A DNA stretch of 64,000 nucleotides, from contig NC_068983.1 in assembly GCF_001194135.2 (NCBI RefSeq), positions 53,280,280 through 53,344,279 of the forward strand, given 5' to 3'. Made by a program: the position numbers and the translations under genes. The stretch comes from Octopus bimaculoides. Taxonomy: Eukaryota. Of this stretch, positions 13,470 through 25,532 are shown in pieces; positions within the stretch are counted from its first letter, which is position 1, and the number at the start of each line of letters is the position of its first letter. The notes beneath the pieces were generated by a model. It was given only the letters and a program-made list of their open reading frames with translations. It did not search any database and was not told the DNA's origin.

Positions 13470-16380
13470 AAGGTGGGGAGTTCACCCATGACCTTTGCAG
13501 GTTCTTTGAGACTAGTAAAATTGATGCTGTTAATGTTCCACCAAAACAGTTGAGAGTAGATCAGGTTGCAGGAAAAATGTGTTCAAGGAATGAATTCCTG
13601 TGAGTCAACATTCTGTGTAAAAAGGATGACATGGCTGCTGTTGTTTCTAGGGTGATGACAGGAGGAGAAATTGGGTGAGTCAGGAATGCCTGAGTGGAGA
13701 TGGTATGAGACCAGCCAGCTCTAAAAAGTGGAGACCACTGGTGTAGCTATACAAATGGCAGAGGAAGATAACAACACATTTGTGAGCAAGAGGCTGGAGT
13801 ATGTTTGTGAGTAAGTTTGCACCAATCAGTTGAGTGGCTTTTTTAAAAAATTGCCTAAGATTTTTATGTGTGTAGCAACATCACTGTCCCAGATGTAAGA
13901 GCAGCACTCTCTTGTAGGTCTCACTGGAGCCTTGAAAGGGTTGACTGTTCTTGAAGACTCAAGTATTTTCTGGCTATGAAGAAGACCAGTTTTTGAAATG
14001 CAGTTTTTATTGTTGAAGTATTTACTGGGAAAAAATCAGTGATGGTGAAGTATAGCATATGAAGTGACCATGAAGTTTCCTGTTGACTGCTGGTCATGTC
14101 AAGGTGGGATTAACAATGTCATAATGTTTAATTAATATTTGCCATGATTGTGTCTTTTTGGTGTTAAGAAAGACTGACATGACCATTTTGAAGGATGTTT
14201 TTGAGGTTGATGATAAGGAAATCAGAGTAGATATTTTTTGAGGTAACTAGGCTGTAAATTAGTGATGCATGTGTACAGAAGACTAGTGGTAAATGATGAA
14301 TGACATCATCTTCTTAATAAGTGGATTTTGTGAAAGTGACGGCAAGTTGTACTTGGTGTACAGGAGGGAGAATGTGGAGAATAAAACCAAACCCTGGGAT
14401 ATGCTAGAGTTGATAGATTGTGGATCAGAGGGAGCTCCATCAGCATACATTCAATAATATGGTCTAACAAGGACCCAGTGACCAAAGATGAAGCACAAAT
14501 GCATCCCACAATGGATAATTTTGACAAGAGGTTTGTATGCCATATGGAGTCAAATGCTTTCCTAATATCAATGACAACAAACCACTGCGTTCACCAAATT
14601 TCTCAAATATGAGAGCGCACTGGTGAGTGAGATAGAAGAGTTGGTCTCCAATAGATTCAAGAGAATCGTAGTGCTGTTCATTAAAGAGGCTAAGTGATCC
14701 AAATGTTGGAGAACTTGGTTGTTAGTGAGTTTCCATCACATTTGAGATATTGGAACTGAGTGTGACAGGACAGTAGCTGATTCGATCAAAGGAGTAGCAT
14801 TTCTTAGGAATAGGACACACCATAGAGTGTTTCCCAAAGACTGAGATATGCCTATGAAAAGAAAGAGAGAGAGTTTAAAGAGTTTGGTAAGGATAGGGGT
14901 TACCTCTGAGGTGCCACAATCCAGTCCAGTTACTGTTTTGTTTGAATTGATAAGAGATACTGTTGTGTTTGGTTTGTATGAGTTCATGAGAATGAGCCTG
15001 GTGTAGTAGAAAGGGGTAGTTCGGAAAGAAGATTTATTGAATGTATAGTGTGTTGAGTTGAATACAAAATGGGTGGGAAATGTGAATGATTTCTCTGCAA
15101 GATTTGCTCAACTAAAGGCGGTGCTCCAGCATGGCTGCAGTCAAATGACTGAAACAAATACAAGAAAAAGAAAAGAGTACTGCTCACTGAACCATGATGT
15201 TTGAGAAATGGAAGAAAAGAAAATTCAACGAAGCTAGCAGAAATGTTTTTTAGTAAAAGATAAAAAAGATTGACTCAGTTTGAGAAGTAGGATAATATGG
15301 AGGCTGTGCAATGCACAAGGTACTCTTCATCATTAAACCAATGGTTTTTGCAGATATTACAATTATGGGTGAGAGCTGTCAAGTTTGTATTGGTGGGTGA
15401 GATTCTCCAAGTACTGTAGGCTCCATTTTTGCCTAAGCTACTGTAGTTCAGCAATGAGTGAAACACTTAGGTCTTGTGGCTGTGAGTTTGTGTGGGGGTT
15501 GTGGAAGGATGTGCCTAAGAGGATGGTTTAAGTCATCTACCTAACTGTTTCTGATAGAGAAGTGATGAAACATAAATGCTGCCAGAGATACTTGGCATTG
15601 TTCTCACCAGTCAGCTGATTTGAAGTGCCATGGGGTTTAGAAGATAGGAGATATTGTGTAATATATAGATATGTGTGTGCTGAATATTTATTAAAAGGTA
15701 AAGGCCAGACAACCTGATAGGTGTATAGACAGTTATGGTGGAAGTGGGGTTTGGAGGTAAGAAAGGAATGAAGGGTGTTTGCAGTATCTGCACGTCCTTC
15801 AGGGACACATGTAGGACATGAAGCTACTTGATGTAATAATGTAAAGAACTGATGATTATAAAAGATTTTGTTTCTGTATTAACAGTGTCAGTATGGTATA
15901 TTAGTTTAGAAGGAAGTGAAGTGAGATATATGTCCTTGATGCAGAAAGAGCAGTTGGTGACTGGTGCAGTTTAAAGAGCAGTAGAGAAATCACTTGTATT
16001 TGTAGGAATAGTGACTGTGAATGAAAGTAACTGCTAATCTTTGTTGCTAATATACAAGTGAGAGAAGTGTGTTGGGCAATGTTGAATCTACATATGCAGA
16101 CACTATTGTTTGGATTGAAGTTTGAGCAAAGAGTGTAACCTGGACAGCAGAGATAGACTACCGGTAGAGGTTGTGACATTTGTGTCTTGGTGAGGAAAAA
16201 TCCAAGTAGTTATTAAACACAATAGACATCCTTTAAAATGTGTGGTTTGTGTAGTAGTAAAAACTGTTGTTTGGGTTCTAAATTGGATCAGAGTAGACAC
16301 AAATGTTAGAGAAAAGAAGCTAGAATTGTCTAACAAGTCTAGTTTTAGCTTTCATCATATCGGAAGGGGTACATAGCAGG
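13470..16380 (-). mobile_element. Ancient near-full-length CR1-group LINE ORF2 (APE endonuclease + RT), heavily mutated
   Basis: Minus-strand translation across frameshifts gives FSNI.. (~16310), CICRFNIAQH (GDFN-like), VCPIPKK..SYCPVTLSSNISNVME, VVIDIRKAFDSIWHTNLLSKL, INSSISQGLVL, EDD (YADD position), FKAPVRPTRECCSYIWD and KATQLIG..LQPLAHK. The ~2.8 kb span matches a full ORF2. Confidence 0.9.
15098..15178 (+). mobile_element. SINE family B 3' tail nested in the CR1 LINE
   Basis: gatttgctcaactaaaggcggtgctccagcatggctgcagtcaaatgactgaaacaa closely matches the tail of 6168-6535. Confidence 0.85.
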
Positions 16381-18550
16381 TATCATTTATAAGAGAGCAG
16401 ATCAAATACTTAATTGGATATCTAAATAATTTTGCAGCTTTCAATGTTTTCATATATACTGTTTTGCTTATCCGAATTATTAATTTAACTTAATAGATAT
16501 CTAATTTTCTTCAAAATTTGATTGTAATTTAAAATTATTTCTGTCACTTTATTTTATTGCCAGAAACCTGTTTCCTGATTTAATTTCTAATATCAATTAT
16601 TCATCAAATTTAATATGAATCAATTTTTAATCTTATGTCATAAAAAAATTTTAAATGCCATCCATCTTGTTGCCCATATCTAAATTTCATTGTGTAAAAA
16701 ACTAATGATAAGAAGCAAAATAACTAAAATGTGTCAAAACATTCTTAATTCAATATTACTTCTTAAAGATCTCTTAATAGCATGAATAAAATTAAAATTA
16801 TTTTCATTATCATCACCGTTATCATAATTGTTGTCATGTCATCACTGCCATGCATCTTCTCATTGGTTCTTATTCATCCTCATCTGTCTTGCATTTTTAT
16901 TTTTCACCAAGCTATATTTTCTTGTTGTTGGCTTAATAATGGCTTGTTTGGTAGATCTTGTTTAATTGGTGCTGAGATTATGGAACTACTTATCTTTTAT
17001 TTCAGATGCAAAACAAAATCTCTCTCTCTCTCTCTTTCTCCATACATCTCCCCATCTCCATTTCTCTTTCTGTGTTTTATAGAAGATGCTATATCATTTT
17101 CTTTTGTTATTGTAATATATATGGCTATCTTCTTATCTAAATAACCATAATAAAAGTATGTCACTCACACTTTTAAATGAATATAAAAATTATTAAGAAA
17201 GAAGTGTGTGAAATGTAAAAGTAAAGAATTCTTGAGACAATCTATAAGATTTTGAATTGAGTCCATTAAGAATTTACGATCATTATAATTCATTTATGAT
17301 TTCAAACTCTCAAAGGTTTACATAATTATTATTCATATTGTGACGCTTTTAGCATATGATTTTCTGTGCCGCTTTCGATTGAATAAATTGGCAACATATT
17401 ATTATCTCAGCATGTGTTATTCCATCTTTAAATCACAACATTCTCTAAACTGACCTCACCACTGCTATCCAAGCTTTTCTTTGTCCACCTGCTTCTTATA
17501 TCTTCTATTGCTAAATCACAATGTATATATCAGTTAATGTCATTCATGGCTAATTGCTTTCTCAATGTATGTTGCTTAGCTATTCACATACATTTTACAC
17601 ACTAAAAAATCTTTACCTAATATGAATTCCATGATGATTTGTCTGAGTACAATATATATATTTCAAGTTAAATTGTTAAAAGCATAATGGATGAATTCAA
17701 AATTAGAGTGAGTAATAATGTGTTCTTAATTGACCCTTATGGTAATTTGACAAAGTATAAGCTTAAAACTAACAGCTAATTAGATGCATTTTAGTTTTTT
17801 AAAGTAAAGTCCACAGCTGTTAAAGTTGCAATAATGACAAGATTAAAAAACTTTATTTGAAATTAACAAATTATTTAACAGGCATTTTTTTTGTAAAATA
17901 AAATTCTATCCATATCTATTTTGTTTAATTTTAAAAAAATTATATTGTGTTCTGTGATCAATAGTATCATTGATTATAGGTTTTTGACAGATCAGTCACA
18001 TGTTAGCTGCATTTACGAGAGTGACAGTGACAAAGGAGTTTCTTTGTAACTTGGGCAAAACAATAGCTATGCCTATTTTGTCTTGAAGTACCAATTTATT
18101 AGTTTTCTTGCCAATGTTTACAATAGTAGAAGATGTACATGCAAATACAGTGGGCTTTCACACAGTTTCCTTCTACCAAATTCTACACAAACTGACCTGG
18201 TTAAACTGGAGCTATGATAGAAATCACTTACTCATAATGTTGTGCACTGAGATTAGATCTGGAACCATGTGTGAATAAAATAAACTTCTAAAGTTCATAG
18301 TCAAGCTTTTGCATTTCAAATGCTACTCTTATTCATTTGGTTTTATACATTGTCATTTTTGGTTCATAAGAAAGTTAAGTAAATGATTATCTTTACTCAT
18401 TGATTTTAAATATCAGTAATCCAATGCTTAATGCAGAAATTCTGTTTTTTGTATTTAATTCATTCTATAACTAGGTGCAAGTCTAGCTTCCATTGCACAT
18501 CATCTTAAGTCCTTCTAAAGAAGAATTATTTATTCACAAGTAAGAAATAT

Positions 18551-18931
18551 TTGTATACTGTCAACTTAATGTGACACTTCCAATAAGGGAATCATACTGC
18601 TGCTTTTTAGCCCTAGGATGCTGGACTGCTTCCTGTCGGCCTTGACACATTTCCTGTGTCCTTATGTTTGTGAGGGGGAGACAAGCACCCCCACCGAGCC
18701 TAGCCTGCATTCAGGGACATGTTTCTGAGTCTTTGCTCGTCATCAGCCTGAAGTAGCACAACCTAGCCTGAATGCGGGCTAGGCTGGGTGGGGGTGCTTA
18801 TCTCCCCCTCACAAATATAAGGACACAGGAAATGTGTCAAGGCCGACAGGAAGCGGTCCAGCTTCCTAGGGCTAAATAGCAGCAGTATGATTCCCTTATT
18901 GGGACTGTCACATTAAGTTGAGAGTATACAA
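18551..18931. mobile_element. Fold-back element (165-bp inverted arms, 51-nt loop), probably Penelope-like/retrozyme derived
   Basis: Hand alignment of 18551-18715 with the reverse complement of 18767-18931: 155/165 identical, no indels. GC content clearly above the flanks. Loop contains a hammerhead motif. Confidence 0.9.
18710..18752 (-). ncRNA. Minimal type-I hammerhead ribozyme motif
   Basis: Minus strand 5'-TTCAGG CTGATGA C GAG caaaga CTC A GAAA C AT G TC|CCTGAA-3': 6-bp stem I, intact CUGAUGA and GAAA core, GAG/CUC stem II with a C-A mismatch at its base, palindromic ACAUGU mini stem III, GUC cleavage triplet. Confidence 0.8.
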
Positions 18932-20298
18932 CTGCTTTATCATAACACTGCTGCTTAAGTCTTTCTGTGAGATTTATAATTCGATCATTTCTAAGAAATA
19001 TTTGTTTCATGGATACGAGAATACTGATTACCGTAAACAGTTTTCCTGCATTGAGATGCAAATGATCAATATTCCCATTCATCAGAACAATTTCTTTTTT
19101 TTTTTTTTGTTACCATTCAACAGTTTCTTAATTATACTTAGTTGCTCTTTGCTGAAAGCTTAAAATGTGACATGTCACCCAAAATACTATATGATATTTT
19201 CTGCAAAATATTTGCAGTTGAGAAATATTTTAAATGACATGAATTGTATTAATTATAATAATAATAATGAAATCAATGGAGTATTTTATAATAGTACCAT
19301 TTCAACAGAGTGTTACTTTTCAGATTTCAAGTACAAGCAATATGACAATTTAAGACTGAGCTTGAGATATATGAGGTCTATTGTAAGGTGAAAGATAATA
19401 TCAAATAATACACATAGATTTCAATATTAATAGGCTTGCTATCTTTTAGACCTATTTAAACATATATAGCAACAATGTTGTCCATATTCTTTACCTATTT
19501 ATAATCTAAAATAAAAATGTACACATTAGATAGTTGCTCTGATCATTAGTAAGTTGCTAGTTATCACAAATGTTCACATACAGACATATCAAGATATTAT
19601 ATTCTATCTTTAGAATTCTCACTTTTCTAAATTAATGATAGAAAATAATATCTTCTCAAATAAACTGAATATATTTCCTTCAGTATGTAAAGTGTAGTAG
19701 AATAGCTCTTCATTCTTCAATATGAAAACATTTTTCAGTTCACTTTTACAATTCATCAATTGTTTATTTCTATTCTGATATATTTGTTGACTTGTTAGTG
19801 TCATAAAGCACATAGAAGATTATTGAATTAAATTCACCTATTCCAATGATACTTCTGTGGGTTAGTAAAAACTTTTTAATTGTGTTCATTTATGCAAAGC
19901 TTAGAACATTTATATTTTGTTACATTCTGGCTGAAATATTGTGCACTTTATATTATAAGAGTTTTTCTATAATCTCAAATCTTGTTGATATTGTAACTAC
20001 TTAGTCATCCTTTGTTAAATTGTTTTGATGGTCGTTCTGCTGCTGATCAAGAAACTATTCAATTATTTGGTGATTTATGGGTTTTCTGAATATACCACAT
20101 ATATGATTTGTTAGATATTCAGTGGGGCTGAATCTGAAACCAGATGATTCTAAAGTGAGCTTCTTAACCAAACAGCCATGCCTGTACCTAAATAATTTAG
20201 TAAAATATTCCTTGAGACAAAGCAAATGAATAGAAGGCACTGAGAAAGGAAAAGTAGTTTTGCTGCAGATGGATACTTGCTCTTATTAGCAGAATTTA

Positions 20299-20647
20299 TC
20301 TTTCATCTTTTACATTTTCAGTCATTTGACTGTGGTCATGCTGGGGCACCACCTTTTATGGTTAAGTCAAACAAATCAACCCCAATACTACCAGTCTCTT
20401 TTTGCCAAACTGCTCAGTTACAGAGAGGTAAACAAATCAACACTAGTTGTCAAGCAATGGTGGGAGATAAACACACATACACATACAACGGGCTTTTTTC
20501 AGTTTCCATTTACCAAATCCACAGACAATGCTCTGGTTGGCCCAGAGCAGCTATAATAAATGACATTTGTCTTAGGTGCCATGAAGTGGGACTGAACCAA
20601 GAACCATGTGGTTGAGAAGCAAACTTCTTACAACACAACCATGCCTG
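20299..20647 (-). mobile_element. SINE family B
   Basis: Reverse complement of the 6168-6535 type (cagtcatttgactgtggtcatgctgggg...gaaccatgtggttgagaagcaaac). Confidence 0.88.
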
Positions 20648-21956
20648 ATTATATTTAAATTTTTTAACAAATATCTTTGGTGCATAAACCCAGCAAGTGT
20701 ACCCCAAACAACATCATTTAATGCTATTCCACTTTTTCAGCTCCCTAACTGTTTTTTGTTTGCAATTGTTTTCAAGAGGTTAAGCCTTGTAGTTTAGCAG
20801 TATTAAATGTGATACAATATGGCTTCATTGAAATGTTGAATGCCACATGATTAATTTCCAAATTATTGAAACATTGGAAACAAAATCTTTGTTAATATTT
20901 TGAAATTCATGATTTAATTATAACTAGAACAGAATTTCAAAGCCCTGTGTTGACAACCGTTCAAGTCATGGCACTTCAGTGCAACTTAAAATGTCCACAC
21001 TATATCATTCAATCCTAATTCATTTGCTGATTGAATTGGCAGTAGCATAACGCATGCACATGCGTGCACACACACACACACACACATATGTGTGCACTCA
21101 CACACACATACACAAATGCATCACATAAATTCATATGCATGCACATACACACCATGGAAGCACATATGCAGTCACATGTGAACACACCAGATTTTCAGTA
21201 AAATTAAACTATTAATAAGAGCTGGTAATTCTCAGGAGGGAGAGCCAATCAAGACACATCCCAAATCTGTTCTATATCTAATAACATGAGAGAACTACCA
21301 CAGTTACTTTATTATATTAAGAATACCACAAGGAATCATTGAAATAACTTAAATTGCTGAAACATTAAGCAAGCTCAGACCAATAAATTGTAATATTTAT
21401 AGTAACTTTCTGGTCTGTTATTCATTCTTTAGTTTCATTTTATCACACCTTTCACACAGAATTGGTCATTACTGGTCATCAAAGTACCATAAAATTATCT
21501 ATTAAAATCACTAACTGAACTAATAAAAATCATTCTGTTTTTAAGTGTTTAGACATATATTTGGCTTATTTTCCATTTATCAGCATTGTCATCATCATTG
21601 CATCTCCTTTTGACATCAGTTAGCTTTGCTCAAGATGCCATAAGTTGGACAAATCTGATATCTTATCAACACTAATTTCTGTCTTTCATCAACATTCTAA
21701 TTAGTGGCCCAGCATCTTAGAATATTTGCATATCATAATCCTTTTTGAAATGTATGTTGTTGCTTTTTATGTAGAATGTATTTATGGAATGCTATTTTAA
21801 GAAATGATTATTTAAGTTCTTTACATTAATTGCCCTACTTTAGCTCTTTAGTCTTAGTAAGATTAGCATTCTATTGATAGGAATAATTAAGAAAGTATTT
21901 TAAATTATCAGAAACTGCTTTATTATGTTATTATTGTTATAATTAGGTCATTAGTT

Positions 21957-22179
21957 CAGGTAGCAAGCTGGCAGAATGGTTGCATGTCAGGTGAAATGCT
22001 TAGTGGTCTTCTGTCCATCTTTACATTCTGAGTTCAAATTCTTCTGCGGTTGACTTTGCCTCTCATTCTTTCGGGTTTAATAAAGTAAACACCAGTTGAG
22101 TGAGTACTGGGATTTATGTAACTGTCTCATTCATTTCCCCGAAATTGTTGGCCTTGTGCTAAAATTTGAAATCATTATT
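21957..22179 (+). mobile_element. SINE family A
   Basis: aggtagcaagctggcagaat...ctgagttcaaatt...gccttgtgctaaaatttgaaatcattatt. Confidence 0.85.
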
Positions 22180-23037
22180 AGTTTGTAAGTTAGCAGTATT
22201 ATAACAGCATGGGATTGAATGCTTTGTAATATTAGATCCAGCTCCCTGATGTCTGAGTTCAAATCCTGTCAATGTCAGCTTTGCCTTTCTTCCATTTGGT
22301 GTCAGTAAAGGAAATATCAGTTAGTGGAAGTGGATTGGTTGAACTCCTAGTGTCAGACAATATGCTTTATAGTATCTATTCTTGCTTACTCTGTGAATTT
22401 TGAGTTCAAATCTCAATTCTTGCCACCAAGGAACTAGATATGGTGACACTTCTATCAGAAATTGCAGCCAGCAATATTCAGTAATTGGGAAAAAATGGGA
22501 ACTTAATTTCCTTGCTTTGACCAGAAGACTAGATGTATTGTGATGACAGATTATTGCAGAAAAAGTTTTATACATGCCTTCTGAACTCTGTTAAAGTATA
22601 AAAAGATTTTTAACTGAATAATAATTTTGGTACCATGGAAAAGTATAAACGAAAGTGTGAAGGAATTATGGTTCATAGATAAGACAAAGTAACTGCTTTC
22701 CAGAAGTCTAGTCTAAATGCTTATAACAGAGAAAAGTCCACTGAAGGCACTTATGGGTCAGTCAGGTGATGGTGTTAAACTGGGCAGTGTGATGCGCCTA
22801 CTACCCAGAAAATTTCTAATTTTTGCATAGTGTTTATGTAATTTTAAATCATATGTATATAGTGTAACACCACATGATGCTGATATTTAGGGTATTTGTT
22901 TTTATCATAAATAATTCTTGTGCTGTTAAAAATATTATCTGTTATGGATTAAATATGTACATTCATAGAAATTTAATAATTTTTGTAAACCAGCATACTA
23001 TATTACAAATTATGTAAAATTACTATTTATTTTGCAG

Positions 23038-23085
23038 AGTATATCTGAAGCTTTTTCCAGATGTTGTTGTTTTTATATATGTCTG
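23038..23085 (+). CDS. Weak candidate 48-nt exon
   Basis: tatttattttgcag|AGTATATCTG...GTCTG|gttaat. Open in two frames (SISEAFSRCCCFYICL or VYLKLFPDVVVFIYV). Donor is weak. Confidence 0.2.
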
Positions 23086-23847
23086 GTTAATACAAACAAG
23101 TTTTAGATTTTTTTTCCCATTTCAACTTGATTGGAAATGTCTAAGCAAATAATGTTAAAATATTATTAATATTTAAATATTTTATTTGGATCTGCAATTC
23201 CTATTCTGAAGTATTAAAAATGCATCATTGAAGAAAATCCTACTTGAACGTATTTAGTTTATCTATGCTTATACTTATTATTTAAATAACCGTTTAAAGG
23301 AAGGTAAAAACAAGCTAAACCATAAACAACTCAGCATAAATAATAAAGTAACCTTTTCCAGCATTAACTCTTTAAATCTTAATCAAGACATATTGTATTT
23401 AAACTAAATGTATGAAATCAGTCTTAGGGGTTTTTGAGTGTTAGATAAAATATCTCCAAAATAATATAAGCAATCAGGTATGTATGTCTTGATAATTAAA
23501 ACCATTTAGGTGGTAGTCATTAGCTAATATTAGACCTACTATCAATAAGTACTTAAAATCTTATGCTTTTTTTTAATAAACAGATGGGTCTACACTCCAT
23601 CATCAAGTTGATACCAGCATGGAGTGTGGAATCACTAAGTGTGTTTAAGTCACCTTTAAGAGAGGAAAACTGTCCAAAACTGTAAACCTAAACTTTACTA
23701 TTGACACTCTGATCAAGAAACACGAATAAGATAGCACATACAAGTAACTAGGAGTGAAGGAAGGAGATGGTATACGGTATTCAGTGATGAAGAAAATCTG
23801 CAGAGAGAGAGAGAGAGAGAACATAATAGGAAGATGGGATTGATTCT

Positions 23848-24193
23848 AAGACATGAAATTTGTGGGGAGAGGACTAGTCGATTACATCAACCCCAGTATT
23901 TCACTGGTACTTAATTTATCAACACTGAAGGGATAAAAGGCAAAGTTGACTTTGGCAAAAATGATAATAATAACAAATGTTTCCAATTTTGGCACAAGGT
24001 GAGCAGTTTTAAACAGAGGCAACAAGTCAATTACATGGACCCTATGGTGTGACTGGTACTTTATTTTATTGATCCTGAAAGGATAAAAAGCAAAGTTGAA
24101 CTTTGCAGGATTTCAGCTCAGAATATAAAGTGCCAGAAAAAATTACACAACAATTTGTCTGATGCACTAATAATTCTGCTGGTTCCCCACCTT
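23848..24193 (-). mobile_element. Two adjacent SINE family A copies (partial 23848-23962; 23978-24193)
   Basis: Both contain ctggtactt..atttat..gaagg..aaaggcaaagttga, the reverse complement of the family A body. Confidence 0.8.
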
Positions 24194-24669
24194 AATAATA
24201 AATATGATATGTAGTAGATTTAATCTTAACATTTAGAATCTCTCTGCAACAATTATGAATTTGCTACTTATTTTTGACATTCCTCTGTAATCTAATTTGT
24301 TATGTAACTAGACATGTTTCATGTTCTTACACCTTTTTACTTAAATAACTACACCAAGTAGACTAGTTTAGAGTCAAGATGAAATCTATTCATTAGTAAT
24401 TGCTATTTTACCCCCAACCACATTTTCAAGCATCTCTTAAGAAATTGAGGAAGTTGATAATAATTATAATATATTTAGCAAAACTTTTTGAGAGTATGGT
24501 ATGAATAGACTGTTATAATATACTAAATACACAGACTTCAAACTTTAGCATGAGGTCAGAAAAGAGTATAGTCAATTGAATTGGTCAGACTACATTTCTG
24601 ATACTTGTTACACAAGACCTGGAGCATTGAAAAGAAAAGCCTAACAAGATTTGAATTTAGAATCGTTAT

Positions 24670-24900
24670 CACCATTGTTTAACATCCATTTCTTATATTG
24701 GCATGGGTTGGAGGATTTGTCAGGAGACAACAAGCCAGAGCACTATGACAGGTTCCAGTGTCTGCTTTGGCACCGTTTTTGTTGTTGGATACCCTTCCTA
24801 ATGCCCGTCACTTCACAGAGAATACAGGATGTTTTTTGCATGGTTCTGACTCTTGTGATGTCACCAAGTAACTCACAAGACAAGATGCCCTCAACTCAGG
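24670..24900 (-). mobile_element. Decayed RTE-type LINE 3' end variant
   Basis: gtttaacatccattt...ggcatgggttgga...ggatacccttcctaatgcc matches the 3' terminus at 4560-4720. Confidence 0.7.
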
Positions 24901-25157
24901 TGGGTGCAGTATCATAATGGATGACTTTATAGCAGGTAATGAGCTATAAAAGTATAATAGAGGATTTAAAACAGCTGTCTTGCAGTAGAAGAGATAATAG
25001 CTACCCCAGTATGAAAAGGAGAAAAGATGGTGGCAAAGAGGTTTAATATGTTACCCTGTTGTTACTGATCATCACCTGTTCTTTGTCTTATATATATATA
25101 TATNNNNNNNNNNNNNNNNNNNNNNNNNNNNNNNNNNNNNNNNNNNNNNNNNNNNNN

Positions 25158-25532
25158 CTTGTTTCAGTCATTTGGTTGTGGCCATGCTGGAGCACCGCCT
25201 TTAGTCAAGCAAATCGACTCCTGGACTTATTCTTTGTAAGCCTAGTACTTATTCTATCAGTCTCTTTTGCCGAACCGCTAAGTTACAGGGACATAAACAC
25301 ACCAGCATCGGTTGTCAAGCAATGTTGGGGGGACAAACACAGACACACAAACACACACATATATATATATATATACATATATACAACGAGCTTCTTTCAG
25401 TTTCCATCTACCAAATCCACTCACAAGGCCTTGGTTGGCCCGAGGCTATAGAAGAAGACACTTCCCCAGGGTGCCACACAGTGGGACTGAACTCGGAACC
25501 ATGTGGTTGGTAAGCAAACTACTTACCACATA
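25158..25532 (-). mobile_element. SINE family B, young copy abutting a gap
   Basis: High similarity to the reverse complement of 6168-6535 and to 61034-61445. Confidence 0.9.
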
